The notes below the pieces were generated by a model. It was given only the letters and a program-made list of their open reading frames with translations. It ran no database searches and was not told where the DNA came from. A program made the translations under genes and the position numbers. Below are positions 27,671-39,724 of a DNA stretch of 64,000 nucleotides, piece after piece; within the stretch, counting starts at the first letter, position 1; every line of letters starts with the position of its first letter. Source of the stretch: Candidatus Udaeobacter sp. (GTDB lineage: Bacteria > Patescibacteriota > Patescibacteriia > Magasanikbacterales > GWA2-37-8); assembly GCA_035473115.1 (NCBI GenBank), contig DATION010000005.1, positions 4,399-68,398 on the forward strand. Direction: 5' to 3'.

Positions 27671-29419
27671 TTATTCAATCACTCTAAACACTTCCGAAAC
27701 AGTAGTAATTTTTTCTAAAGCTTTTAATAACCCATCCTGCACCATAGTCACCATCCCGCTTTTAACAGCTAGTTCTTGAATAGCATATTCAGAAATTTCA
27801 GCGCTCAGTATGGCTTGTTCAATTTCTTTGTTCATCGTAAAAATTTCATAAATACCTACTCGGCCTTTGTAGCCTAAACCACTGCATTCTTCACAGCCTT
27901 TACCACGATAAAAATGCAAATTTTTTAAATCAACATTTTTCTTTTCTACTGCCGGCAAAGCTTCTAGATTTTTCTTTACCCGCTCCATCTGCTCAGCTGT
28001 GAGCGTTTCTTCTTCCTGACAATATGAACAAATTTTACGCACCAAACGCTGGCCAATTACCGAATTTAAAGCTGGCGCTAGTAAAAACGGCTTTACGCCC
28101 ATAGACAAAAAACGTGGAATAGTTCCCGAAGCGCTATTGGTATGAATGGTAGATAAAATCAGATGGCCAGTTAAAGCGGCTTGAATAGAAATTTCAGCAG
28201 TTTCTAAATCACGGATTTCACCAACCATACAGATATCCGGATCTTGACGCAGCAAGCTGCGCAGACCTTTGGCAAAGGTATAATCATGACTATAATCCAC
28301 CTGGCTTTGATTAATGCCTTCCATTTTAATTTCTACCGGATCTTCTAAGGTAATAATTTTAACACCAGGTTTATTCAAGGTTCGCAAAATTGCATACATG
28401 GTAGTGGTTTTTCCCGAACCAGTCGGACCGGTAGTAATTACCATGCCATTAGGCCGCTCAATTTCTTTTTTCAATTTGGCATAAACATCGCCGCGCAACC
28501 CCAGCTCATCAAAAGTGACTCCTTTTTGGCCGCTATGCAAAATTCTCATTACTACACTTTCACCAAAAACTGTCGGCATGGTGGAGACACGGATATCCAA
28601 GCTGCCAGAAGATAATTTTAAAGTTACTCGCCCATCTTGCGGCCGGTCAGTGATATTTATTTTTAAAGCTGCTAATAATTTGATGCGGGAAATAAATTTT
28701 TTCCATTGTTCTTTGGGCAAAGTTGCGACGTCGTGTAAAACGCCGTCAATACGATAGCGCACGACAATGCCGTTTTCTTCAGCTTCCACATGAATATCAG
28801 AAGAATCTACCTTTAAAGCCGAAGCGATCATTAAAGTCAAAATATCGCTAATAGAAATATTAGCAAACTGTTTTTCTAAACTTCTAAAATCAACCACACC
28901 GGCCTTGAACTTTTCCAGTTCTTCATCAGTAATATTGATATCTTTACTGACCGGTTTAACAATGGGCAAATTAGCATAGAGTTTTATCGCTTTAGCAAAG
29001 CTATTTTCCGAAATTAAGCATATCCCAGCCCGCGCATGATGCCTTTCGCCAATTTGATAAGCCAGCTCTTCAATTTCATTATTGTAATCCACACATCCTA
29101 AACGAATTTCTTCAGGCGAACTAAAAAAACAGATGATCTTTTTTTCTCTGGCTAAATCTTCCGGGATTATTCTTAAAGCTTCAGAACTAATCGGCAAAAC
29201 TGCTAAATCAATATATGGCAAACCAAACGCAGCTGCCTGTTTGGCCACCACTTCTTCTTTGGTCCGCAGATCAATTTCCTGAATTTTTTTAGCAAACTTT
29301 TCCGGAGCATTATTATTGCCATTAGAATTATTAGCGCTTGCTCCAGACGGAGGTACACCTACTACTGGCTTCTTGGCAGATTTACCAAGCAAACTATTGA
29401 TTGAAGGAAAGTCACTCAT
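27671..29419 (-). CDS. pilB: Type IV pilus assembly ATPase PilB/GspE family
   Basis: SDIHVE, RPQDGR, GPTGSGKT, EDPVE, LRQDPD, GEIRD, TGHLILSTIHTN and two CxxC. Confidence 0.85.
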   Translation of the reverse strand: MSDFPSINSLLGKSAKKPVVGVPPSGASANNSNGNNNAPEKFAKKIQEIDLRTKEEVVAKQAAAFGLPYIDLAVLPISSEALRIIPEDLAREKKIICFFSSPEEIRLGCVDYNNEIEELAYQIGERHHARAGICLISENSFAKAIKLYANLPIVKPVSKDINITDEELEKFKAGVVDFRSLEKQFANISISDILTLMIASALKVDSSDIHVEAEENGIVVRYRIDGVLHDVATLPKEQWKKFISRIKLLAALKINITDRPQDGRVTLKLSSGSLDIRVSTMPTVFGESVVMRILHSGQKGVTFDELGLRGDVYAKLKKEIERPNGMVITTGPTGSGKTTTMYAILRTLNKPGVKIITLEDPVEIKMEGINQSQVDYSHDYTFAKGLRSLLRQDPDICMVGEIRDLETAEISIQAALTGHLILSTIHTNSASGTIPRFLSMGVKPFLLAPALNSVIGQRLVRKICSYCQEEETLTAEQMERVKKNLEALPAVEKKNVDLKNLHFYRGKGCEECSGLGYKGRVGIYEIFTMNKEIEQAILSAEISEYAIQELAVKSGMVTMVQDGLLKALEKITTVSEVFRVIE

Positions 29420-29431
29420 AAAAATTTGTGC

Positions 29432-30397
29432 CTACTTACCGAGCATGTGTTTAAAAAAGTGAATCACTCGGCTATTAATTCCTTCTTTGTGCATTTTAAC
29501 AAATAAAAATACCCAGGCGCTCGTGGTGTAAGCGTTAAAAAATCCGGCTATTAAAACAATTAATACTACCCATAGAAAAACTCCGACCGCAAAACCAACT
29601 GCAGCCAAAACAACCAAATTAGTAAGACCAGCCAAAAGCCAAATTAGCACAGCCGGTAAGAAAGCAAAAAATGCTGCTACTATAGCGGCGATAAGTAATA
29701 AAAAGTTAAGCAGCATTAATAAGACGCCTACTTCCAAAGAGACGAGCAAATGCTGGGAAAATATATTGTAGGCTTTGGCAATTGCCGCTTTAAACCCTTT
29801 GTTATCTATAACTAAAGCGCATAAGGTAAAAATAAAGATCACGGAAACAAACAAAGATACCAATAAAACCACTGTCAAAGCAACCGCTAGGCCTAAGCTC
29901 CAAATAAAGTTGGGCGAATAAATAAAATTTTTAAATACCAGCCAAAATAGAGCTAACAATAAAAGCAGAAAAGCTTGTCGAAGTACGTTTACCAAAAGAA
30001 TGCTCCAAAAATTTTTCAAGCTTCGTCCCCATGGTTTGGAAAGTTTGGGGTGTTTTTTGGTTTGCAGCCATTCGGACGCATAAAAAATAAGCGCCCCTTG
30101 AGAAGTGACCGCTAAAAAAATTAAAAAAATAACTATTGATAAAACTATACCTGCCAACCAGACAATTCCTAGAGTACTGCGTACATCACCCGACCAATTT
30201 AAGTTAATTACGGGTAAAAAAAAGTTGGTTTGTCCGGCCAAAGTTGTTTCCAACATGGCCCAAATTTTTCCAAAAATATCGCTAAATCCAAATTGGCCCA
30301 GCAAAACTGAGAATAACCCCAAAATCCATAGGGCTTTGTTGTGCCACACAACATCCCAAGCGTGGGAAAGGGTCTGGCGATAAGTTGGCTCTTTCAT
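29432..30397 (-). CDS. Hypothetical polytopic membrane protein
   Basis: About 7 hydrophobic segments. Confidence 0.8.
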   Translation of the reverse strand: MKEPTYRQTLSHAWDVVWHNKALWILGLFSVLLGQFGFSDIFGKIWAMLETTLAGQTNFFLPVINLNWSGDVRSTLGIVWLAGIVLSIVIFLIFLAVTSQGALIFYASEWLQTKKHPKLSKPWGRSLKNFWSILLVNVLRQAFLLLLLALFWLVFKNFIYSPNFIWSLGLAVALTVVLLVSLFVSVIFIFTLCALVIDNKGFKAAIAKAYNIFSQHLLVSLEVGVLLMLLNFLLLIAAIVAAFFAFLPAVLIWLLAGLTNLVVLAAVGFAVGVFLWVVLIVLIAGFFNAYTTSAWVFLFVKMHKEGINSRVIHFFKHMLGK

Positions 30398-30400
30398 ATA

Positions 30401-30558
30401 CGAAATGAATGAGAGAATGAATAGCTTGCTGATTCATTCTCGAATGAATGAGTATATATGGGCTTTAGCCCATATAATGAAATGAGTGAGCGAAATGATT
30501 AAATGTGTTTAATCATTTTCGAACGAATGAGAATATATCTTAATATAAACGAAATGAA
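30401..30558 (-). repeat. Family C tandem cluster (two full units plus a partial unit)
   Basis: Units at 30401-30452 and 30478-30531 separated by the TATATGGGCT/AGCCCATATA hairpin; partial CGAAATGAA at 30550. Confidence 0.82.
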
Positions 30559-30580
30559 TTCAGTTTATTTATTATACCAT

Positions 30581-30620
30581 AAAAAACAAAATCCCCCCAA
30601 AGTTGGGAGGATCTGTTTTT
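30581..30620 (-). terminator. Terminator after ftsH
   Basis: Minus strand ATCCTCCC-loop-GGGGGGAT followed by T-rich tail. Confidence 0.6.
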
Positions 30621-30627
30621 CAGCTTG

Positions 30628-32460
30628 TTACTCTCTCGGCCCTAAAATACGATTAATATCTTCTTGTTCAATTGTTTCTTTTACCATTAATTCTTTAACC
30701 ATCTCGTCTAGCTGCGTGCGATGCGAATCTACAATTGCTTTGGCTTTCTTCTCAGCTTCAGCCAAGAAAGCGCTTACTTCCTTATCAATAGCTTCGGCAG
30801 TTTTTTCGCTGTAATCCTTTTGCTCAGATGAACCGCCGCCTAAAAAAATTGCTTCCTGATGATCACCAAATGTGCGTGTTCCCAGAGAGCTCATACCATA
30901 GCGAGTGACCATGCCTTGAGCAACTTGAGTAGCATTTTTTAGATCAGATGACGGACCGGTAGAAATCATTTCCTCGCCAAAAATCGCTTTTTCCACTACA
31001 TAACCGCCCAACATCATGGCTAATTCATCTTTGAACTGTGCCAAAGTATGATAATACTTGTCTTCAGTCGGCATTTTAAGAGTATAACCACCGGCGCTGC
31101 CGCGAGATATTACGGAAACTTTACGGACCGGATCGCAATGAATAGAATAATGACCGACAATCGCATGGCCAGCTTCGTGATAGGCAGTCATCTTTTTTTC
31201 TTGCTCGCTGATAACGCGATTTTTTCTTTCCGGACCAAGCAAAACTTTTTCAATACTTTCTAAGATTTCTAACTCACCAACTTTTTTCAGGCCGCGGCGG
31301 ACAGTTAAAATTGCCGCTTCATTTAACAAGTTAGCCAAATCAGCTCCGGAAAATCCGGGTGTGCGTTCGGCAATTTTGCGCAAGGAAACTTCCTCAGCCA
31401 AAGGTTTATTTTTAGCATGAATGCCTAAAATTTCTTCACGATCTTTTATATCAGGCAAATCCAGAGTTACTCGTCTATCAAAACGGCCTGGTCGGAGCAA
31501 AGCTGGGTCAAGCACATCCGGACGGTTGGTAGCAGCGACCACAATTACTCCCAGATTAGGGTCAAAACCATCCATCTCCACCAAAATTTGATTTAGAGTC
31601 TGCTCTCTTTCATCATGACCTCCGCCCATACCTGTGCCGCGGCGTCTGCCTACTGCATCAATTTCATCAATAAAGACAATCGCTGGAGCATCTTTTTTGG
31701 CTTTACTAAACAGATCACGCACGCGGGAAGCGCCCACACCCACAAACATTTCCACAAATTCGGAACCAGACATATTGAAAAACGGCACATTAGCTTCTCC
31801 GGCTACCGCTCGAGCTAATAAAGTTTTTCCGGTTCCCGGACTGCCGACCAGCAATACTCCTTTAGGAATTTTGGCGCCCATTTCAGTAAACTTTTTTGGA
31901 TCTTTTAAGAAATCAACTATTTCGACTAATTCTTGTTTGGATTCTTTGGCTCCGGCCACATCGGCAAAAGTTTTTTTGTTTTTATCATCTGGCCCAGTCT
32001 GGCGCGGATTACTTTGGCCAAAGCCCATGGCTTTATTATTCATACCTTGCACGCCGCGAGTCATGAAGTAAAAAAATAAAATAAATATAGCCAGTGGCAG
32101 TAATACCGGCAATAAGTTAGCCAGCCAAAACTTCCACGAGCTCTCGCCTTTAACTTCGATAGATAATTTGCTTAAAGAAGAACTGGTCACGCCATAACTT
32201 CTGATAATTTCGCCAAAAGTTCCGTTTGGTTCTTTTAAGACAGTCTGCTGCTTTGCTTTTTCGTCTTTTAACTGCAAACTTAGATTATCTCCTTGGATAA
32301 TAACCTTATTCACCTGCTCAGCATTTATTTCTTCTACCATTTTACTGATACTAACTGTTTCTGGAGCTTTATCTTGCTGGTTTTTTATTAACCCCAAAAC
32401 TCCGGCAATCAAAAATAAAGCCAAAAAAACTATCAAGAAATTTTTTAAGAAATTGCGCAT
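30628..32460 (-). CDS. ftsH: ATP-dependent zinc metalloprotease FtsH
   Basis: Two TM segments, [18 protein letters not shown] region ([10 protein letters not shown]) and HEAGH. Confidence 0.98.
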   Translation of the reverse strand: MRNFLKNFLIVFLALFLIAGVLGLIKNQQDKAPETVSISKMVEEINAEQVNKVIIQGDNLSLQLKDEKAKQQTVLKEPNGTFGEIIRSYGVTSSSLSKLSIEVKGESSWKFWLANLLPVLLPLAIFILFFYFMTRGVQGMNNKAMGFGQSNPRQTGPDDKNKKTFADVAGAKESKQELVEIVDFLKDPKKFTEMGAKIPKGVLLVGSPGTGKTLLARAVAGEANVPFFNMSGSEFVEMFVGVGASRVRDLFSKAKKDAPAIVFIDEIDAVGRRRGTGMGGGHDEREQTLNQILVEMDGFDPNLGVIVVAATNRPDVLDPALLRPGRFDRRVTLDLPDIKDREEILGIHAKNKPLAEEVSLRKIAERTPGFSGADLANLLNEAAILTVRRGLKKVGELEILESIEKVLLGPERKNRVISEQEKKMTAYHEAGHAIVGHYSIHCDPVRKVSVISRGSAGGYTLKMPTEDKYYHTLAQFKDELAMMLGGYVVEKAIFGEEMISTGPSSDLKNATQVAQGMVTRYGMSSLGTRTFGDHQEAIFLGGGSSEQKDYSEKTAEAIDKEVSAFLAEAEKKAKAIVDSHRTQLDEMVKELMVKETIEQEDINRILGPRE

Positions 32461-32535
32461 ATTTATAGTAATTAAATATAAACTTTCAGTTTCTAAAATA
32501 TACCTTATTTTTTACAGAAAAGCAAGGGTTAGCCC

Positions 32536-32572
32536 AAAACAAAACACCCTCCGCAGCACGGAAGATGTTTTG
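32536..32572 (-). terminator. Terminator after rpsA
   Basis: Minus strand CAAAACATCTTCCG-loop-CGGAGGGTGTTTTG plus TTTT. Confidence 0.6.
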
Positions 32573-32582
32573 AGTTAAACGA

Positions 32583-33794
32583 TTACTTTTTAGCAGCCTT
32601 TTTCTTTTCTTTGGCTGGAGCTTTAGTTTTTTCTTCTTTTTCTTCTGCCTCGGCTGGCGCTTCAACTTTTTCCACTTTTTTCACTTTACCTTTTACACCA
32701 AAAAGTCTTAAACCCAAGCGGTGCTCTGGCGGTTCCAAAGAAACAATTTCAAAGTCAGTAGTCTGGCCAATTTTGAATTTATCACCAATATTGCCAGTGC
32801 CTTCATCGGTAAGTTCCGAAATATGAGCCAAACCATGAATATCCTTATCCAAGGCCACCATCAAACCAAACGGTTCAATCTTCAAAATCTTGCCGGCAAC
32901 TTTGTCGCCAACTTTATATTTATCTTTAACCATCTTCCATGGATCATCTACCAAACGTTTGATGGATAGATAGATTTTTGATCTGTCCAACTGAATAATT
33001 TGCGCTTTAATTCTGTCGCCAACTTTCAAGATATCTTTTGGATGATCAATACGCTGCCAAGCAATCTCGGAAATATGAACCAAGCCTTCTAAGTCCTGGC
33101 CAAACTTTACAAAAGCGCCAAATGAAGTGAGGGCGCTGATTTCACCTTCCACTACATCGCCAACTTTGTAAGATTCTAGTACTGCTTTTTGAGCGTCTTC
33201 CCAAACTGCTTTTTCGGAAACGATTAATTTTTCTTCTTTTTCATTAACATCAATAACTTTTACTTCCATTTCTTTACCGATAAGTTCACGCAATTTTTCT
33301 AAAATACGATTCTTGTCTCCGCCCATAACGCGCGGATAGTGCTCCGGATTTAATTGAGAAACCGGCACAAAACCAGGCAAACCTTCTACCTGTACCATCA
33401 AACCGCCTTTGTTGGCAGCCAAAACTTTGGCTTTGATAGTAATACTGTCTTGCATCCACTTGCGAACATTGTCCCAAGCGCGAGCAAAACCGGCAATACG
33501 GAATGACAATTCCATTTCACCGTTTTCGTTTTCTAATTCCAAAACTGTTGCTTCGACTTCATTGCCAACTTTTAAATTAGCGTATTCTTTAGCTTCACCA
33601 AATAGTTCGCGGCCGCGGACTACACCCACGGTTAAACCTTCAATATCAACATGCACTTCACCTTTGTCGATAGAAATAATTTTACACTTTACCACGTCGC
33701 CAACTTTAGGGATGGTTAAAGCGTATGACGAAAACAAGGTTTTAAAATCTTGTTTTTCTAAATCTTTTTCTTCTGATTTTTCGTGTTTAGTCAT
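32583..33794 (-). CDS. rpsA: 30S ribosomal protein S1 (four S1 domains)
   Basis: Repeated S1 motifs: NKGGL..GFVPVSQL, FGAFV..GLVHISEI and GLAHISEL. Confidence 0.92.
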   Translation of the reverse strand: MTKHEKSEEKDLEKQDFKTLFSSYALTIPKVGDVVKCKIISIDKGEVHVDIEGLTVGVVRGRELFGEAKEYANLKVGNEVEATVLELENENGEMELSFRIAGFARAWDNVRKWMQDSITIKAKVLAANKGGLMVQVEGLPGFVPVSQLNPEHYPRVMGGDKNRILEKLRELIGKEMEVKVIDVNEKEEKLIVSEKAVWEDAQKAVLESYKVGDVVEGEISALTSFGAFVKFGQDLEGLVHISEIAWQRIDHPKDILKVGDRIKAQIIQLDRSKIYLSIKRLVDDPWKMVKDKYKVGDKVAGKILKIEPFGLMVALDKDIHGLAHISELTDEGTGNIGDKFKIGQTTDFEIVSLEPPEHRLGLRLFGVKGKVKKVEKVEAPAEAEEKEEKTKAPAKEKKKAAKK

Positions 33795-33903
33795 AATATT
33801 TTATAAATAACAAAAAAATTTTTCTTATCCTTTTCGGTCAGAACCGAAGCAAGGTTTCTTCCTCTAAATTGGGAAGAATTCACAAATAAATTTTACTGAT
33901 TTA

Positions 33904-33932
33904 AGTATACAATATTAATCTAAATCTGTCAA
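33904..33932 (-). promoter_or_regulatory. Sigma70 promoter of rpsA
   Basis: TTGACA-17 nt-TATACT on the minus strand. Confidence 0.7.
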
Positions 33933-34096
33933 TACAAACAAATCCCGCCTTCCTCCGAAGAGAAATGGCGGGGCAGGTTTTTTTCACTAACGATTCCCTC
34001 CTCTCCAACCTTCCAGAAAATAACTTACACCAAGCAAAACTGATGCAAATTAGACCTTGCTAACCGCCTGTTACTATGTTAAAATATTTTTGTTAA

Positions 34097-36274
<2,178 letters not shown>

Positions 36275-36283
36275 CTTTTATTT

Positions 36284-36811
36284 ATGAAAAGACAAATTTT
36301 TTATTTATTATTAGGTCTTTTCCTTTTAGTCTCGCCCGCATATGCCAAACAGTCTCAGGAATTAAAAACTTGCAAAACAACTACCTGTTTAATCTCGCAG
36401 ATAAAAAATTGCAATTCTGGCACAGCTATAGTAACAAATAGCGCTCCAGACCCTTTACAGATGTCACTTCAAACAGCGACTAAAAATTATAAAATCTTAA
36501 AAAGCGGTGAGGGAAAATGTAAATTTATTTCTACAGTAGTAAAAAACAGCTTTAAATATTCAAGCTTTACAAAAAATAGTTTGAAAAAACAAGGCTTATC
36601 TACAAAAGATATAAATAAGAAAGAAAAAGAGATGGCCTCCATTCTCAAAAATACAACTGAGACTTGCGAAGCTATAAATAAAGACCTAGCCACATATTTA
36701 AATGATTCTTTTAAAGGAAGAATTACTTCAATCAGCTGCACGTTTGACGACTTAAAAACCTCTCATTGTATTTTTAAACCAAACGTTAACTGCACTACCA
36801 CTCTAAAATAG
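36284..36811 (+). CDS. Hypothetical secreted Cys-containing protein
   Basis: Signal peptide (..SPAYA) and 8 Cys. Confidence 0.7.
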   Translation: MKRQIFYLLLGLFLLVSPAYAKQSQELKTCKTTTCLISQIKNCNSGTAIVTNSAPDPLQMSLQTATKNYKILKSGEGKCKFISTVVKNSFKYSSFTKNSLKKQGLSTKDINKKEKEMASILKNTTETCEAINKDLATYLNDSFKGRITSISCTFDDLKTSHCIFKPNVNCTTTLK

Positions 36812-36934
36812 GAACAATTGAATTATCCATCTTCACTAGGCGTGCTCTTGACTTTTTTCTAATTCCAGTGTATTATTAAAGTATTCAAATTAAGACAGCC
36901 GCAAGGCTGTTTTAAAATCCAAATAAATTAACGT

Positions 36935-37123
36935 ATGTTTACAGCTATAAAAAACTACTTTGTCGGAGCTTACCAGGAAATGAGAAAAGTTACCTGGCCG
37001 ACCAAAAACCAGACTATTAACTACAGCATAATGGTAATAGCCTTAAGCGTAGGCATGGCTCTATTTTTTGGCTTATTAGACTATATATTTAACTTTGGCG
37101 TAAGCACATTATTTTTAAAGTAA
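36935..37123 (+). CDS. secE: Preprotein translocase subunit SecE
   Basis: EMRKVTWP motif plus TM; upstream of nusG. Confidence 0.93.
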   Translation: MFTAIKNYFVGAYQEMRKVTWPTKNQTINYSIMVIALSVGMALFFGLLDYIFNFGVSTLFLK

Positions 37124-37129
37124 TTTAAC

Positions 37130-37219
37130 TGTCATTCCGAATCCCCACTCAGGGGGTGAGGAATCTATTCATTTTAAAGTAAAGATCCCTCGTCGGCTAC
37201 GGCCTCACTCGGGATGACA
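37130..37219 (+). repeat. Family A palindromic element, copy A3
   Basis: TGTCATTCCGAATCCCC...TGAGGAATCTATT...AGATCCCTCGTC...CACTCGGGATGACA fills the secE-nusG spacer. Confidence 0.92.
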
Positions 37220-37231
37220 AACACATTGTAT

Positions 37232-37777
37232 ATGGCAAAACAGACCCTCAACCTTGGCAAACGCTGGTATGTGCTCCACACTTACAGCGGCTACGAAGAA
37301 AACGTAAAAAGCAATCTCGAGCAACGTATCGAGTCTTTTGCCATGCAAGACAAAATTTTTCATATTTTGGTTCCTAAAGAAAAGAAAATAAAAATCAAAA
37401 ACAGCAAACGTTCAGTGGTGGAAGAAAAAATGTTCCCGGGATACGTCTTAGTAGAGATGATTGTAACGGACGATTCTTGGTATGTGGTTCGCAATACTCC
37501 TAATGTTACCGGTTTCGTTGGCTCTGGCACTACCCCAACCCCAATTGATCAAGCTGAAGTTGATGGTTTAGTAAAACGAATGTCCGCTTCCGAACCGCAA
37601 CACAAAATTGACTTTGAAGTTAATACTCCGGTACGTATCACTGATGGACCGTTTAAAAACTTTGAAGGCAAAGTAAGTAATGTTGATCAAGAAAGAGGCA
37701 AAGTTAAAGTTCTTATCACGATGTTCGGTCGCGAAACGCCGGTAGAACTTGACGCAATGCAGGTTAAAAAGATTTAA
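37232..37777 (+). CDS. nusG: Transcription termination/antitermination factor NusG
   Basis: [21 protein letters not shown] (ITDGPF) and FGRETPVEL. Confidence 0.97.
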   Translation: MAKQTLNLGKRWYVLHTYSGYEENVKSNLEQRIESFAMQDKIFHILVPKEKKIKIKNSKRSVVEEKMFPGYVLVEMIVTDDSWYVVRNTPNVTGFVGSGTTPTPIDQAEVDGLVKRMSASEPQHKIDFEVNTPVRITDGPFKNFEGKVSNVDQERGKVKVLITMFGRETPVELDAMQVKKI

Positions 37778-37842
37778 TTAACAAAATTGTTAATAACGGA
37801 TTGGTTCCTTCCAGGGACGCTTCTCAATCCACATTTATTTAT

Positions 37843-38268
37843 ATGGCCAAAAAAATTACAGCGCAAATCAAATTGCAAATCATGGGCGGAGCTGCTAACC
37901 CAGCGCCACCAGTCGGTCCAGCTTTAGGTCAACACGGTGTGAATATCCAAGCTTTTGTTAAAGAATTCAATGACAAAACTCAGGATAAAAAAGGCGAAGT
38001 AGTGCCAATTATCATTACTGTTTACGAAGATCGCAGCTTTAGCTTTATAATGAAAACTCCACCGGTTCCGGAATTGATCAAAAAAGCGGCTGGCATCACC
38101 AAAGGCTCTGCCAAACCATTGCAAGATAAGGTTGGCAAAATTACCAAAGCTCAAGTTCGCCAAATCGCCGAAAAGAAAATGCCTGACTTAAACGCTCATA
38201 CAGTTGAAGCAGCCATGAGTATGGTAGAAGGCACAGCACGGAATATGGGTGTAACGGTTGAAGGATAA
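37843..38268 (+). CDS. rplK: 50S ribosomal protein L11
   Basis: [19 protein letters not shown] and GTARNMG. Confidence 0.98.
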   Translation: MAKKITAQIKLQIMGGAANPAPPVGPALGQHGVNIQAFVKEFNDKTQDKKGEVVPIIITVYEDRSFSFIMKTPPVPELIKKAAGITKGSAKPLQDKVGKITKAQVRQIAEKKMPDLNAHTVEAAMSMVEGTARNMGVTVEG

Positions 38269-38279
38269 AAAGATACAGC

Positions 38280-38325
38280 GTCGCGTTTCAAAGGACGTCA
38301 CGCGACGTGATTTCGTTAAATCAAA
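38280..38325 (+). repeat. Family E double hairpin, intergenic copy after rplK
   Basis: GTCGCGT/ACGCGAC and TGATTT/AAATCA stems; homolog inside clpC. Confidence 0.8.
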
Positions 38326-38362
38326 ATAAAAAATCGAGCTAATTGGCTCGGTTTTTTATTTT
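38323..38362. terminator. Bidirectional terminator after rplK
   Basis: AAAATAAAAAATCGAGC-loop-GCTCGGTTTTTTATTTT. Confidence 0.75.
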
Positions 38363-38371
38363 AAAAACTAT

Positions 38372-38608
38372 TTAGCTTTCCCAGAAAAACACGGCATACG
38401 GACCTCCTTCACAGCTAGTACCAATCCTTCCAAAAGGAACCCACGATATTTTATACTGACAGTTTGTATGGAATGTACCATCTCTTTTTGCATTTTCATT
38501 ATAAATTTTGTTACTTATTTTTTTATTATTCAGCCATGGCGCCCAAGTGAAGAAAAATAAAATAATGCTTATAAAAACTAAAAATAATTTTATCAACTTA
38601 TTTTTCAT
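38372..38608 (-). CDS. Small hypothetical membrane-anchored protein
   Basis: 78 aa with N-terminal TM; follows queA. Confidence 0.55.
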   Translation of the reverse strand: MKNKLIKLFLVFISIILFFFTWAPWLNNKKISNKIYNENAKRDGTFHTNCQYKISWVPFGRIGTSCEGGPYAVFFWES

Positions 38609-38617
38609 TTAACTACT

Positions 38618-39721
38618 TTAAGCAATAAACATCGCATCGCCAAAGCTAAAAAACCGATACTTTTCCTCTACCGCTTTTTTATAACATTCTAATACGAATT
38701 CTCTGTCCCCAGCAAAAGCAGACACCAGCGCTAACAGAGTTGATTTTGGCAAATGAAAATTAGTAATTAAAGCATCTACCGCTTTAAACTTAAAACCAGG
38801 ATAAATAAAAATATTAATTTCACCGGTATATGGACGCACAACTGGACCTGCTTCATTTTTTCCTGCAAAAGCAAGTGCAACACCTTCCAAAGTACGAACT
38901 GTAGTTGTGCCCACCGCCACCACTCGCCTGCCTTCAGCCTTAGCCTGATTTATTAAATCAGCATTTTTGGCAGTTACCTCCACCCATTCGCTATGCATTT
39001 TATGTTCTTCTAGACTTTCAGTTTTGACCGGCAAAAATGTTCCTAAGCCAACATGCAAAGTCACTTCGGCAAACTCTACACCTTTAGCTTTTAATTTTTC
39101 TATAAGTTCGGGCGTAAAATGAAATCCAGCTGTAGGCGCAGCTACCGAACCTTCTTCTTTGGCATAGACAGTTTGATATCTCTCGCTTGAAGATTGATTT
39201 TCTACATATGGAGGCGTTGGCACTTCGCCATATTTATTGGCTTTAGCCCGTACCGACATATCGTCTTCAGCAAACTCAATTAAATAGGTGCCATCATTCT
39301 CTTTTAGCATCACTTCGGCGCTAAAATCCTGAGCAAAAACTATTTTCATTCCCAAACGCAGCTTTCTGCCGGGTTTAGCCAAAACTTTCCAAACCCTATT
39401 ATTTTCCATGGGCTTAATCAAAAAAATTTCTACTGATGGTACATTTAAAATTCTATCGGTAGAATCAATTCCTTTTTTTACTTTTACTATTTTTTCATCC
39501 AAAACCAAAGTACCGCGCAACCTAGCCTTAAAAACTTTGCTGTTATTCCAAACTAGCAAGTCGCCTGATTTTAAATAATCAACAATATCAAAAAAATGTT
39601 TGTGCTTAATCTTTTTTCCAGTTCGACCAACAATCATCAGCCGCGAACTATCCCGTGGTTCAAGTGGAATTTGAGCAATTAATTGTTTTGGTAAATTATA
39701 ATCAAAATCTGCAGTCAACAT
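38618..39721 (-). CDS. queA: S-adenosylmethionine:tRNA ribosyltransferase-isomerase
   Basis: FDYNLP..LIAQ, YQTVYA, AAPTAGFHF, LHVGLGTF, TNFHLPKST and YRFFSFGDAM. Confidence 0.97.
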   Translation of the reverse strand: MLTADFDYNLPKQLIAQIPLEPRDSSRLMIVGRTGKKIKHKHFFDIVDYLKSGDLLVWNNSKVFKARLRGTLVLDEKIVKVKKGIDSTDRILNVPSVEIFLIKPMENNRVWKVLAKPGRKLRLGMKIVFAQDFSAEVMLKENDGTYLIEFAEDDMSVRAKANKYGEVPTPPYVENQSSSERYQTVYAKEEGSVAAPTAGFHFTPELIEKLKAKGVEFAEVTLHVGLGTFLPVKTESLEEHKMHSEWVEVTAKNADLINQAKAEGRRVVAVGTTTVRTLEGVALAFAGKNEAGPVVRPYTGEINIFIYPGFKFKAVDALITNFHLPKSTLLALVSAFAGDREFVLECYKKAVEEKYRFFSFGDAMFIA

Positions 39722-39724
39722 ATT

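Noticed and set aside
30401-30558. Possible CRISPR array
   Set aside because: There are only two degenerate units and a fragment, the spacers are themselves palindromic, related copies are dispersed, and no cas genes are present.
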